DNA from: Mobula hypostoma
Lineage: Eukaryota
Length of the DNA: 64,000 bases
Direction of reading: 5' to 3'
NCBI RefSeq assembly: GCF_963921235.1
Contig: NC_086097.1
Location: forward strand, 172,920,001-172,984,000
Shown: positions 12,400-25,572 of the stretch, in pieces
Layout: every line of letters begins with the position of its first letter
How positions within the stretch are numbered: position 1 is the stretch's first letter
The notes under the pieces: generated by a model
Database searches by the model: none
What the model saw: the letters and a program-made list of their open reading frames with translations, nothing else
What the model was told of the DNA's origin: nothing
Position numbers and translations under genes: made by a program

Positions 12400-13100
12400 A
12401 GAAACCACTTGTCTAGCTGTAGGAAAGTTGTTATTAAGATGGAAAGGGTGCAGAAAAGATTGACAAGGATGTTACCAGTACTAGAAGGCTTGAACTAGAA
12501 TGTAAGGACAGAGAGGATGAGTCTTTTCTCCCAGGAGCGTAGGAGACTACAGGGTGACCTTATGTAGGTTTATAAAATTGTGAAGGGCATAGATAAGGTG
12601 AAATATCACTGTCTTTTTCTTAGGGTAACTAGGGTAGGGGGTCTAAATACGAGAGAAAACGAGTTTAAGGTGACAAGGGAAAAACGTAAAGGGATCTTAG
12701 AGAAAAGTTTTTTCACACAGAGGGTGGCAGTTAAATAGAATGAGTTGCCAGATTAAGCTGTCTTGGCAGGTATAATTACAGTGTTTAACAGTTATTTAAA
12801 CAGGTAAATGGATAGAAAAGGTTTAGGAGGATATGGGCCAAACACAGGAAAATGAGACTAGCTCAGGTAGATACCTAGTTTCATTTGCACCAATGTACTT
12901 TGCACCGTTCTATTGCTTTGTGTTTAACACTGTATTTATTGCTATACTTATTGTTACTATTTACACTGTTTATTCTGAGAGCTTCGTCTGAGCAAAGAAT
13001 TTCATTGCATCCTGGTGTATATGATAATAAACGAATCTGAATCTGAAATAGCATGTATAAGAGCTGGACCAAAAGGCCTGTTTCCATGTTGAAAAACTTG
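12400..13100 (+). mobile_element. CR1 3' fragment interrupted by a short Rex1-type 3' tail (12882-13047)
   Basis: CR1 ORF2 end and 3' UTR; the insert ends aataaacgaatctgaatctgaa. Confidence 0.75.
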
Positions 13101-16079
13101 ATGTCCTGTGGTGCTTTACCTATCTTTAGGACCCTTACTCAACCTACAAATAACAGGTCATCTAACAACATTTCATGTATCACCTAATAGTCAAATGTTC
13201 CAATTACAAATAAGAGAAAATCTGCAAATGCTGGAAACTCAAGCAACACAAACAAAATGCTGGAGGAATTCGGCATGGGCCAGGCAGCATCTATGGAAAA
13301 AAGTACAGTCAACGTTTTGGGCCAAGACCCTTCGGTGGGACCTGAAGAAAGATTTTCAGGAACCTTATCAAATAAAATCTGATTCTAAAGAGGAATTAGA
13401 GAACAAATAACCAAAAGATTGGTGAAAGGGTTTGCTTCTAAGGAATGAATGATAATTAGATAGCTGAGATGTCAAGAGTAATGAGAAAGAGCTCATTAAC
13501 ATTAACCACAATGAGCTGGGCCAAGATATTCAGTTCATTTTGATGTATCACAGTTCTATGACATTGCAAGTTTTTTATAATTTCTTTTCCACTTCAATGA
13601 AAGTTAGGAATAGAAGGCTTGGGAATATACCTTAGAAAAGTAATTTGAACATACTTTAATCAGCGACTGTAATCTGCAAAGCAACCTGTGCTTTAATATA
13701 AACAGAAACACTCAGTAGGTCAGGCAGCATCTGTGGAAAGAGAAACAAAGCTACCATTTCAGGTTCAAGATCTTTCTTCAGAACCAGATAAGAAAGATAA
13801 TCAGTTGCAGAGAGGGTGAGGAAGAAATATCTCCAGTATCACGGACATGTTGGGCAGAAGGGCCTACTTCTGTGCTGCACTGCTCTATGATTCTATGACA
13901 GGGTGAAACCAGGGTTGCCTTTGTGAACAACCTGCTATTCCAGTAGCTCAATCAGTGAAGACAATATCTTGAAGCCTCAGTCTCAGCTTTAGCCCAGCAT
14001 CAGTGAACAGGACATGAGTAACATCACTAGACACTTCCCAGGTATGGATGGTTGAGGGTCAGCGCAGATTTTGTGGGCTGAGGAGCCTGCTTTCATGCTG
14101 TGTATCTTCATGATTCTATATAATCCCACAACTGTCTCAAAAAGCCAATCCAGATGAAGTGTCTTGGCCCAAAACATCAATTGTTTATTCTTCTCTATAG
14201 ATGCTGCCTGACCTGCTGAGTTCCTCCAGAAAGTTGCATATGTTGCTCTGAATTTCCAGCATCTGCAAAATCTCATGTTCATCATGCCTTTATGGCTACC
14301 ATGCTTTCCAACATGGAAAGTACAAACTTCTCCCCGTGTGTGATCTGCACATTGTATTTTTAAACAACTGGCTAGCTGGAAAGTGGCTGTTAATAGAGTT
14401 TCCTACTTGTTTTGAAATGTATATGTCTTACTTCAACGAGCATGTTAAATGTCAACAGATGACAACGGTGGAAGGGCAGTGTTTCTACCCTCAGGGTAAC
14501 ATGCCAAGACCACAGCTGCCAGTATGCAGAGGGTTAGTGAAAATAAGTCCAGCCTAAATGAAGGTAATAAATGGGCATTAAACGTCTAATATAACAAAGG
14601 CAGACGTCTCAAGTTACAACCGAATTATTCCTGAAAAAAATTTGGTAACAAAATCTATGCAATGAAACTGGGTGTAAATCTGTTAAAGACTTCACAAGTT
14701 ACTGAAGTTACACTGAAAGCTATTCGTTACAAGACAGGGGCATGTCAAGTTTTGAAAGGAATTTATATAATAATTTGGCCATATCATTAAATAGCTGGAA
14801 ATTTGTAAAAGATTTGTCAGTTAAATAAAATCTGCTGAGACTGCTATCTGTTAATTTATAGCAGTTCTAGATGTGCAGATTGCCAATTTAAGTCATGTGA
14901 TTTATAAAATTAAACGATCACATTTACAAATTATGCATCAAGGTCTATAGAAGAACAGTTCCAGTAGAACTCTGGCAGAGGGTTTATATTTATAGCCACA
15001 AACCTCCAGCCCTGCTCTAGAGTCTGCTTGCCTACTCTAAATCCATCTGGGGAATGGAGTTGGCTCCGTGCCCTGACCACTCAAAGAAAGTCTCCACCAC
15101 TGACTAAATAAGTGGAGATAGTCCTTCCCAAGGTGGGTGGCGATTCAGTTCTGCTGAGAAAACAGACGTTTGGTAGAGAGTAAAAAGACTGCTTTAAACT
15201 GTTGTAAACTTCACCTTCCCTCTAGTGGGACAGCCATTCTCCACTGGAAGTTTATTAAGGAGCAGATAAGACTGAGACTTCAGACAAACAATGTTGAGAA
15301 CGTGGCTCTTACTCTTCCCACTGGCCAGTAAAAAAGTATCCAATGTGGAAAAACTATCCCAATAATCACAAATTATATCAAATTTGAAATGTCATTTGAT
15401 TCAATGGTTTTGATCAGGAATTATAACATCAATCCATTAAATTTACACACATTTTTGAGTTATTATCTTCAAACTTTCATACTTGTAGCAATGTGTACAG
15501 CCTTGCTTCCTTCAAAGGACTAAACATGACAGCGCAAAAACTAATGAAAGGTTCAAATTTTTTTCACAAACTTTCCACCAAGTTCTTGTTACAAGAATTG
15601 AAAAATCCTATGTCTGATCCAGATAACGTGGGCAAACTTTATGCAAGCAGTAGTTAGAAACATAGAAAACACAATACAGGCCCTTCAGCCCACAATGCTG
15701 TGCCGAACACGTACTTACTTTAGAAATTACCTAGGGTTACCAATAGCCCTCTACTTTTCTAAGCTGTAGTTATGATGTGGATTTCAGGGCTAAAACATAG
15801 GAATTGGACAGCCACCTAAAAGTAATTTCAGGGCTAAGGGAAAACAACAGGGGAATGGGTCTGACAGGACTTAACTACTTAGAGATTTGATGGGGTGAAT
15901 TATTCTATCAGTGTAATATCAATAAACAACCCTACTGATGCCACTAAAAATAATAGCTTGGTTTGCAGTAATTATCTGAAATCTATGCAGTCACTGTCTC
16001 TTGTCTATTTCCATGCTTGGGTGCTGAGTTCCAAACTATTGTAACCTCTTCAGACTGGTACAAAGGAGTAGAACATACA

Positions 16080-17230
16080 GAACAGAGACCAGTACAGCAC
16101 TGAAACAGGTCCTTCAGCCCATGATATCTATGCCAAACCAAATACAAATTAAACTAAAGTTAGCCTGTTCATGCTCCATACCCCTCTATTCCCTGCATAT
16201 CCATGTGTCCAACAGTCTCTTAAATGCCGCTGTCTCCACCACTAACCCTGGCAGCTCATTCCAGGTACCTAAGACTTGCTGTGTAAAATACTTGCTCCAC
16301 ACATCTCCTTTGAACTTTTCCTCTTTATCCTTAAATACATGTCCTCTAGAAATTGGCATTTCTACTCTTGGAAAACATTCCGGCAGTCCCTTCTCTATGC
16401 TTCTACTATTTTTATAAACAAAGGAGCTGGACATTGTAGGGACAGAGTACATGATGCTGAAGTTTAAATGATAGAGAGTTTCAGATTCCTATGAGTGAAC
16501 ATTACCAGTAGCCTGACCTGGTCTAACCACATTGTACCATGGCCCAGAAAGCTCATTGATGCCTCTACTTCCTCAAGAGACTAAAAAAATTTGACAAGAG
16601 CCTTTTGACCCTCACCAATTTTTGTCAATGCACCATGGAAAGTATCCTATCCAGATGGCTTGGTATGGAAACAGCTCTGCCTTGATCACAAGAAACTGCA
16701 AAGAGTGATGGATATAGCCCAGCACAACAGAGAAACCAGACTCCTGGCCATAGACTCTGTGCACACTTTTTGCTACCTTGGTAAAGCAGCCACCGTAATC
16801 AAAGATCCCATGCAACCTGGATGTTCTTTCTTCTCCCCCTTATCTCCAATTGGCCAGAACTATCTGTGGAATTCATTACCACAGCCGGCTATGGAGACCA
16901 AGTCATTCGGTATATGTAAAATGGAGATGGATAGGTCTCAATTAGTCAGGATGTTAAAGGTTATGGGGAGGAGGCAAGAAAAAGGGATTGAGAGAGATAA
17001 TAAATCAGCCGTGACGGAACGGCAGAGCAGGCTCCATGGGCTGAATGGCCTAATTTCCTCCCATGTCTTATGTTCTCAGATACGAAAGCGTGAAAGTACA
17101 GACCACTAGGCACAAGTAAAGCTTCTATCCTGCTTTTCTATAAGACTATTGAACAGTTTCCTTGTATGATGGGGTCTTGAACTCATAATCTACCTTGTTA
17201 AGACTTTGTGCCTCAAAGCCTACCTGCATT
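16080..17230. mobile_element. Cluster: minus CR1 3' end (16080-16415) and plus Rex1 3' part (16450-17230) split by a CR1 tail (16860-17075)
   Basis: ORF 16186-16452 is a CR1 C-terminus (RGHVFK...FTQQVLGTWNELP). ORF 16660-17109 is a chimera of Rex1 (KKLQRVMDIAQH) and CR1 (LWNSLPQ). Confidence 0.75.
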
Positions 17231-17239
17231 GCTGTTATT

Positions 17240-18017
17240 GAATGTTAACTTAGTGGCAGCAGTATAATGCAATACATGATAATATAAAAAAAAAGTAAAC
17301 CAATTACAGTGAGCATATATATGTATATAAAGTAGTTAAATTCAAATAGAGCAAAATAGAAATAATATTAAATAAAAGTGAGGTAGTGTTCATGGGTTCA
17401 ATGTCCATTTAGAAATCTGATGGCAGAGGGGAAGAAGCTGTTCCTGAATCGCTGAGTGTGTGCCTTCAGGCTTTTGTACCTCCTTACTGATGGTATCAGT
17501 GAGAAAAGGGAACGTCCTGGGTGCTGGGGTCCTCAATAATGGATGCCACCTTTCTGAGGCACCGCTTCTTGAAGAGGTTTTGGATACTAAGGAGAGGATA
17601 GTAACCAAGATGGAGCTGACTAATTTTACAGCTTTCTGTAGCTTCTTTTGATCCTGTGCAGTAGCCCTCCATACCAGACAGTGATGCAGCCCGTCAGAAT
17701 GCTCTCCACGGTACATCTGTAGAAGTTTTTGAGTGTTTTAGGTGACAAGCCAAATCTCATCAAACTCCAAATGAAATATAGCCACTGTTTTGCTTTCTTT
17801 ATAGCTGCATCAATATGTTGGGACCAGATTAGATCCCCAGAGATTATGACACCCAGGAACTTGAAATTGCTCACTCTCTTCACTTCTGATATCTCTATGA
17901 GGATTGGTATGTGTTCCCTCGTCTTATCCTTCTTGAAGTCCACAATCAGCTCTTTCATCTTACTAATATTGAGTGCAAGATTGTTGCTGTGACACCACTC
18001 AACTAGCTGGTATATCT
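17240..18017 (-). mobile_element. Rex1/Babar LINE 3' fragment
   Basis: ORF 17626-17958 reads KELIVDFKK...VSNFKFLGVIISGDLIWSQHI...FYRCTVESILTGCITVWYG; same family as 27740-28560. Confidence 0.9.
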
Positions 18018-18625
18018 AAAAATATTGATTTCCTAAAACTAAATTAAGATAAAACTGAAATATTTTGGTTGGTCCCAAAGCCATACAAGATAAACGTCAA
18101 GATAAACTTGGATTCCCTTGTAAAATCAGAAGTAACTATCCTGGGTGTTAACTTTGATTCAGATTTGAATTTTAAATCTCACATAAAGAAAGTGACCAGA
18201 GCAGATTTCTACACTTAAGAAATATTGCAAAGTTATGTTCATTTTTGTCACATAATGATTCTGAAAATCTCATTCACATCTTGATAAAACCAGATTACCT
18301 CAATGCACTTTTTACTGACCTTCCAAAGCAATCTTTTGACAAACTTCAACTCATTCAGAACACTGCTGCTAGACGTTTAACTAAAATCAGGACAAGGGAG
18401 CATATCACTCCCATCCTAGCTACTCCCCATTGGCTTTCTGTATCTTTTAGAATTGATTTTAAAGTTCTCTTACTTGTCTTTAAAGCTCTCAGTGGTCTGG
18501 AAGCAGAGTACATCACAGAATCATTTTCATTTTGTAACCCTGCTACAAGGGATGCAAACTCAGTTAACACTTTTAAAAGCCAAGTCAAAAAAACTATTTA
18601 ACTTTGCTTTTAACTAACATCTTTT
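18018..18625 (+). mobile_element. L2-clade LINE 3' ORF2 fragment
   Basis: Remnant FLKLN.DKTEI...LGVNFDSDLNFKSHI; ORF 18245-18601 reads KLQLIQNTAARRLTK...EHITPILATPHWLSVSFRIDFKVLLLVFKALSGL. Confidence 0.88.
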
Positions 18626-19084
18626 AATTACAGAGAAGATGCTTGCTGTCTTGAGGCAAATTATCTTAATTTAGTTTTAGAAAATCTGCAGGGGCAGTGA
18701 AGGTGTTTCCTTGGACCCTGTAGGAGGCTAATGCAGAAATTGCAGGGGCCCTAGCAGAGATACTTAAAACCTCCTTAGCCACAGGTGAGGTGCCAGAGGA
18801 TTGGAGGATAGCGAATATTGTTCTGCCAGGAAATTACAGGCTGGAGAGCCTGCGCCAGTAGTGGTAAAGTTACTGGAAGGTATTGAAAAGGATCAGATAT
18901 ATGAATATTTGGACAGACAGGGACTGAATAGGGATTGCCAACATGGTAGGTCTTGTCTAACCAATCTTATACACATTTTTGAGAGAGTTACCAGGAAATT
19001 CGATGAAGGCAGTGATTACTATCCACATGGAATTTAGCAAGGCCTTTGACAAGGACTCATATGAGAGATTGGTCAAGAAGATTC

Positions 19085-20386
19085 AGTCAGCATGGATTTA
19101 CGAAGGGGAAATCGTGCTTGACTAATCTTCTGGAATTTTTTGAGGATGTAACTATGAAAATGGACAAGGGAGATCCAGTGGATGTAGTGTACCTGGACTT
19201 TCAGAAAGCCTTTGATAAAGTCCCACATAAGAGATTAGTGGGCAAAATTAGGGCACATGGTATTGGGGGCAGAGTACTGACATGGACTGAAAATTGGCTG
19301 GTTGACAGGAAACAAAGAGTAGCGATTAACGGGTCCCTTTCGGAATGGCAGGAGGTGACCAGTGGGGTACCGCAAGGCTCGGTGCTGGGACTGCAGCTGT
19401 TTACAATATACATTAATGATTTAGATGAAGGGATTAAAAGTAACATTAGCAAATTTGCAGATGACACAAAGCTGGGTGGCAGTGTGAAATGTGAGGAGGA
19501 TGTTATGAGAATGCAGGGTGACTTGGACAGGCTGGGTGAGTGGGTGGATGCATGGCAAATGCAGTTTAATGTGGATAAATGTGAGGTTATCCACTTTGGT
19601 AGTAAGAACAGGAAGGCAGATTATTATCTAAATGGAGTCAAGTTAGGAAAAGGGGAAGTGCAACAAGATCTAGGTGTTCTTGTACATCAGTCACTGAAAG
19701 CAAGCATGCAGGCACAGCAGGCAGTGAAGAAAGCTAATGGCATGCTGGCCTTCATAACAAGGGGAATTGAGTATAGGAGCAAAGAGGTCCTTCTGCATCT
19801 GTACAGGTCCCTGGTGAGACCACACCTGCAGTATTGTGTGCAGTTTTGGTCTCCAAATTTGAGGAAGGACATTCTTGCTATTGAGGGAGTGCAGCGTAAG
19901 TCCACAAGGTTAATTCCCGGGATGGCGGGACTGTCATATGTTGAAAGATTGAAGCGACTGGGCTTGTATACACTGGAACTTAGAAGGATGAGAGGGGATC
20001 TGATTGAAACATGTAAGATTATTAAGGGATTGGACACGCTGGAGGCAGGAAGCATGTTTCCACTGATGGATGAGTCCAGAACCAGAGGCCACAGTTTACG
20101 AATAAGGGGTAGGCCATTTAGAATGGAGTTGAGGAAAAACTTTTTCAACCAGAAAGTGGTGGATATGTGGAATGCTCTGCCCCAGAAGGCAGTGGAGGCC
20201 AAGTCCCTGGATGCTTTCAAGAAAGGGATGGATAGAGCTCTTAAAGATAGCGGAATCAAAGGTTATGGGGATAAGGCAGGAACTGGATACTGATTGTGGA
20301 TGATCAGCCACGATCACAGTGAATGGCGGTGCTGGGTCGAAGGGCCGAATGGCCTACTCCTGCACCTATTGTCTATTGCCTATTGC
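19085..20386 (+). mobile_element. Young 5'-truncated CR1 LINE with an uninterrupted RT and C-terminal frame
   Basis: ORF to 20293: QHGFTKGKSCLTNLLEFF, YLDFQKAFDKVPH, GVPQGSVLG, SKFADDTKL, RRMRGDLIE. 3' UTR gaatggcctactcctgc and a (CTATTG)-like tail. Confidence 0.95.
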
Positions 20387-20462
20387 CCAGCTTTCAAGAT
20401 AAGGTAATAAATCGGATTTGACATTGCCTTCGCAGGTAAAGCCAGACAGTGATAGTGGATAG

Positions 20463-21003
20463 AACCATAGAACACGACAGCACAGAAAACAGGCCATTCG
20501 GCCCTTCTAGTCTGTGCCGAAACTTTGTTCCGCTAGTCCCATTGACCTGCACCCAGTCCATAACCCTCCAGACCTCTCCCATCCATGTATCTATCCAATT
20601 TATTCTTAAAACTTAAGAGTGAGCCTGCATTTACCACGTTAGATGGCAACTCGTTCCACACTCCCACCACTCTCTGAGTGAAGAAGTTCCCGCTAATGTT
20701 CCCCCTAAACCTTTCCCCTTTCACCTTTCACCCTAAAGCTATGTCCCTCTCATATTTATCTCTCATAATCTAAGTGGAAAGAGCCTACTTGCATTTACTC
20801 TGTCTATACCTCTCATAATTGTGTAAACCTCTATCAAATCCCCCCTCATTCTTCTACGCTCCAAGGAATAAAGTCTTAACCTGTTCAATCTTTCCCTGTA
20901 ACTCAACTCCTGAAGACCGCCAACATCCTAATAAATCTCCTCCGCACTCTTTCAATCTTACTGATATCCTCCTATAGTTAGGTGACCAGAACTGCACACA
21001 ATA
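20463..21003 (-). mobile_element. CR1 3' fragment, antisense to the host CR1
   Basis: ORF 20533-20724 reads GNFFTQRVVGVWNELP...; tail tctatggttct. Confidence 0.9.
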
Positions 21004-22081
21004 ATAGTTGCTCCTCTGACTGGAGGTCTGTAACTAGTGGTGTGTCTCAAGGATTGGTACCAGGTCCACTGTTGTTTGTCATCTCTTTCAATGATTGGGG
21101 TCTAGTGGACAGCAAGGAAGACTATCAAAGCTTGTAGCAGATCTGGACCAGCTGGAAAAATGGTCTGAAAAATGGCAAATGGAATTTAATGTAGACAAGT
21201 GTGAGGTGTTGCACTTTAGGAGGACCAACAATAAGTCTTATACTGAGGAGTGCAATAGAACAGAGGGATCTGGGAATACAGATCCATAATTCCTTGAAAG
21301 TGGCGTCGATTGGTAGATAGGGTTGTAATGAAAGCTTGTGGCACATTGGGGTTCATAAATCAATACACTGAGTCCTGAAGAAGTGTCTCAGCCTGTTTGT
21401 CCACCTCCATGGATGCTCCCTGACCCGCTGAGTTCCTCCAGTAATTTGTGTGTGTAGCTTTGGGTTTCCAGCATCTACACAATTTCTCATGTTTGTTGAG
21501 TACAGGAGTTGGGATATTATATTGAAGTTGTATAAGATATTGGTGAGGCCTAATTTGAAGTATTGTGTGTAGTTTTGGTCATCTATCTACCGGAAAGATG
21601 TAAATAAGATTGAAAGAGTGCAGAGAAAATTTACAAGGATGTTGCTGGGACTTGAGGATCAAAGATATAGGGAAGGTTGAATAAGTTAGGACTTGATCCC
21701 TGGAACTTAGAAAATTGAGGGGAGATTTGATAGAGGTATACAAAATTATGAGGTGCATAGCTAGGGCAAATTCAAGCAGGCTTTTTCCACATAGGCTGGG
21801 TGAGATGACATCTAGAGGTGATGGGTTAAGGGTGAAAGGCGAAATATTTAAGGGAACATGAGGGGGAACTTTTTCACTAAAGGGTGCTGAGAATATGGAA
21901 TGTACTGCCAGCGCAAGTGGTGGATACAGGTATGATTTCAACTGTAAGAGAAATTTGGAGGTATGGAGGGCTATGGTCTAGGTGCAGGTCGATGGGACTA
22001 GGCAGATTAATGGTTCAGCATGGACCAGATGAGCCAAAGGGCCCATTTCTGTGCTGTAGTGTTCTATGAGAATGACTCTGA

Positions 22082-22712
22082 AGAGAAGTTTTGACACATT
22101 GCCTTCATAAATCTAAGTATTGAGTACAGACATTTTGATGCTATGTTGAAGTTGTACAAGACGTTGGTTAGACCTAATTTGGAGTATTATGTGCAATTCT
22201 GATCACCTACTTTCAGGAAATATGTCAATAAGATTAGAAGAGTGTGGAGAAAATTTACCAAGATTTTACTGGGACTTGAGGACCTGAATAAAGATCAAAT
22301 ACTTTAAGACTTTATCCCTTGGAGCATAGGAGAATGGGGGTTAATTTGATATAGGTGTACAAAATTATGAGGGGTATAGTTGGGGTAAATGCAAGCAGGC
22401 TTTTCCACTGAGGTTGGGTGTGACCAGAATTAGAGGTCATGGGTTAAGTGTAAAAGGTGAAATATTCAAGGGGAATATAAAGGGGAACTTCTTTACTCAG
22501 AGCATGGTGAGAGTGTGGAATGAGTTAACAGTTGACATAGTGCATGTGGTCTCAATTTCAGTAATTCAGAGAAACTTTGACAAGTATCCGGATGAGAGAG
22601 ATATAGGAGGCTATGGTGTGGGTGCAGGTCGATGGGACTAGGCAGAATAATGCTTTGGCAGAGACTAGATGGGTCAAAGGGCCTGTTTCTGTGATGTAGT
22701 ACTCTGTGACTC
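22082..22712 (+). mobile_element. CR1 3' fragment
   Basis: ORF 22414-22641 reads RGHGLSVKG...GNFFTQSMVRVWNEL. Confidence 0.85.
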
Positions 22713-23315
22713 CACAAATAATATCTTCCTGTCTTTTTATTTTCATGTTTGCACTTTATTCTATAGTAAACATTTTGACATCGTCTGTATGAAAAATACT
22801 CTATAAATAAGTTATTATTGTTAATGAATTGATCTGAGTGAACAGTATGCAAGACAGGTTTTTAAATATATCTTGGTCATATGAAAACAATAAACCAAGT
22901 TGCCAATTTATCAAGGTCTCCCTTCAGCCTTCGACACTCCAGAAAGAGCAAATGCATTTGACCAACCTCTCCTTATAGCTCATACTCTCTAACCTAGGCA
23001 GCATCCAGATAATCATCCTTCCCGTTATGGGATGACCAGAATTGTGCACAACGTTCCAAGTGCAGCCTTGTACAGTTGCAAAATGACCTCCTTACTTTGA
23101 AACTCAAAGCTACAACCAGTGAAGGCAAGTATGCCATAGGCCTGCTTTACCACCCCTTTATGTGGCCACTTTGCTAAAAGGAAAAACAAAGATAAGAGGG
23201 CACAATCTGATAGGATTTTAAAGGTTTTCAATAAGGAACATCACATTTCCATTCAAGGAAGATAAGACTGAGATCATAAGTAGCTGATTGCCAACAACAA
23301 ATCTAGACAAGAATT

Positions 23316-23664
23316 TAGGAGCAACAAATAATCTGCTGGAAGAAGTCAGCGGGACATGCAGCATCTGTGGAAGAAAAGGCATTACTGGTAAAATATTTCC
23401 TAATCCCCACAGATGCTGTGTGACCCACTGAGTTCCTACAGCATGTCAAACAGTATCCATGGAAAGGAATAAACAGTCGACGTTTGAGGTCAAGACCCTT
23501 CATCAGGACTTTCCATGGACGCTGACTAACTTGCTGAGTTCCTCCAGCATTCTGTGTGTGTTACTTTGAATTTCCAGCATCTGTAGAATCCCTTGTGTTT
23601 AAGAGTACCTCCAGCAGACAGTTTGTTGCTCCAGTTTTCAGCATCTGCAGTTTCTTGTATCTGT
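23316..23664. mobile_element. Nested ORF-less Penelope-tail doublets
   Basis: Outer TSD AAGAATT (23309-23315 / 23665-23671). Inner insert flanked by GAGTTCCT/GAGTACCT. Degenerate hammerhead at about 23475-23510 (minus). Confidence 0.7.
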
Positions 23665-23919
23665 AAGAATTCATGAGGAACTTTATTACCCAGGAAATGG
23701 TTAGAATGCTCAACTAATACAAGAGGGAGAGATGATTGCTAGATTGGATTATATGAAGAGGGGTGGGAAGTGGCTCGAGTCCATCATAAACACTAGTTCT
23801 AATCCCCTGGGCCAAATGGCCTTAAGAAACTGTAAAAAAGTTTTGTTGTGGTAGATTCTAAGATTAACTCTAGCGTATAACATTTATTCCATCACCTATA
23901 ATATGCTTACCCAACAAAT

Positions 23920-25008
23920 TGGCAGGAAACAGAGAGTGGGAATAAAGGGATCCTATTCTGGTTGGCTGCCGGTTACCAGTGGTGTTCCATAGGGATCAGT
24001 GTTGGGGCCGCTTCTTTTTACATTGTACATCAACGATTTGGATTATGGAATAGATGGCTTTGTGACTAAGTTTGCTGATGATATGAAGCTAGATGGAGGG
24101 GCCAGTAGTGCTGAGGAAACGGAGAGTCTGCAGAGAGACTTGGATAGATTGGAAGAATGGGCAGAGAAGTGGCAAATGAAGTACAATGTTGGAAAGTGTA
24201 TGGTTATGCACTTTAGCAGAAAAAATAAACGGGCAGACTATTATTTAAATAGGGAAAGAATTCAAAGTTCTGAGATGCAACGGGACTTGGGAGTCCTCGT
24301 ACAGGATTCCCTTAAAGTTAACCTCCAGGTTCAGTCGGTAGTGAAGAAGGCGAATGCAATGTTGGCATTCATTTCTAGAGGAATAGAGTATAGGAGCAGG
24401 GATGTGATGTTGAGGCTCTATAAGGCGCTGGTGAGACCTCACTTGGAGTACTGTGGGCAGTTTTGGTCTCCTTATTTAAGAAAGGATGTGCTGACATTGG
24501 AGAGGGTACAGAGAAGATTCACTAGAATGATTCCGGGAATGAGAGGGTTAACATATGAGGAACGTTTGTCCGCTCTTGGACTGTATTCCTTGGAGTTTAG
24601 AAGAATGAGGGGAGACCTCATAGAAACATTTCGAATGTTAAAAGGCATGGACAGAGTGGATGTGGCAAAGTTGTTTCCCATGATGGGGGAGTCTAGTACG
24701 AGAGGGCATGACTTCAGGATTGAAGGGCGCCCTTTCAGAACAGAAATGCGAAAAAATTTTTTTAGTCAGAGGGTGGTGAATCTATGGAATTTGTTGCCAC
24801 GGGTAGCAGTGGAGGCCAAGTCATTGGGTGTATTTAAGGCAGAGATTGATAGGTATCTGAGTAGCCAGGGCATCAAAGGTTACGGTGAGAAGGCAGAGCA
24901 GTGGGACTAAATAGGATAAAATGGATCAGCTCATGATAAAATGGCAGAGCAGACTCGATGGGCCGAATGGCCTACTTCTGCTCCTTTGTCTTATGGTCTT
25001 ATGGTCTT
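23920..25008 (+). mobile_element. Young 5'-truncated CR1 LINE
   Basis: GVP*GSVLGPLLF (premature TAG at about 23990), then a 303-aa open frame (KFADD...RRMRGDLIE). Tail (TCTTATGG)n. Confidence 0.95.
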
Positions 25009-25492
25009 ATATCTATTGCAGAGATCCCAGTCACACCCTGAGTTTGACCTCCCTGAGTTACCATTATTTCTCTCGGAAGCTGCAGCAGATGCCACTCAAG
25101 GCAAAATTTGTTCCAGTGCCAAACGAGACAGAACTATAAACTTAAATTCATGTGTCACTGATTCAATGGCCTGTAATGGTAATGGAGCCTCCCAGGAATG
25201 AAAATGCTAATGGGGTTAGCACAAAAGGGGTCATTATGACACTACAATTAGAGAGATGTGTTACTGACAACAATGCAGAGCCAGGAATCTGGAATGAACT
25301 ACCCTCCCCACTGATCTGCTCTGTTGGGAACTCGGTTGATGGTTCAATCCTCTGCTGGCACTGCATCACCAATGGGATGGTGAATGTTGTCCAATCACTG
25401 CATGGTTAAGTGCGAAGAAACGATAGAATCATACAGCACATAAAAGGGGGCCCTCTTTGCCCTCTTTGTGCTAACCACAATGATAATCTGCA

Positions 25493-25572
25493 CAGGGGTT
25501 CCCAACCTAGTGCCCATGGACCCCTTGCTTAATGGTATTGGTCCTTGGCATAAAAAAGGTTGGGAATCCCTG
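25493..25572. mobile_element. 80-bp hAT-like MITE
   Basis: TIRs CAGGGGTTCCCAACC / GGTTGGGAATCCCTG; imperfect TSD ATCTGCA(C)/ATCTACAC. Confidence 0.75.

Larger units (their letters stand above)
18630..22070 (+). mobile_element. Old CR1 LINE split by three later insertions
   Basis: Collinear CR1 ORF2 remnants at 18630-19088, 20387-20462, 21004-21370 and 21497-22070. Confidence 0.8.

Noticed and set aside
19687..20259. 190-aa antisense ORF
   Set aside because: It is the shadow frame of the CR1 RT ORF.
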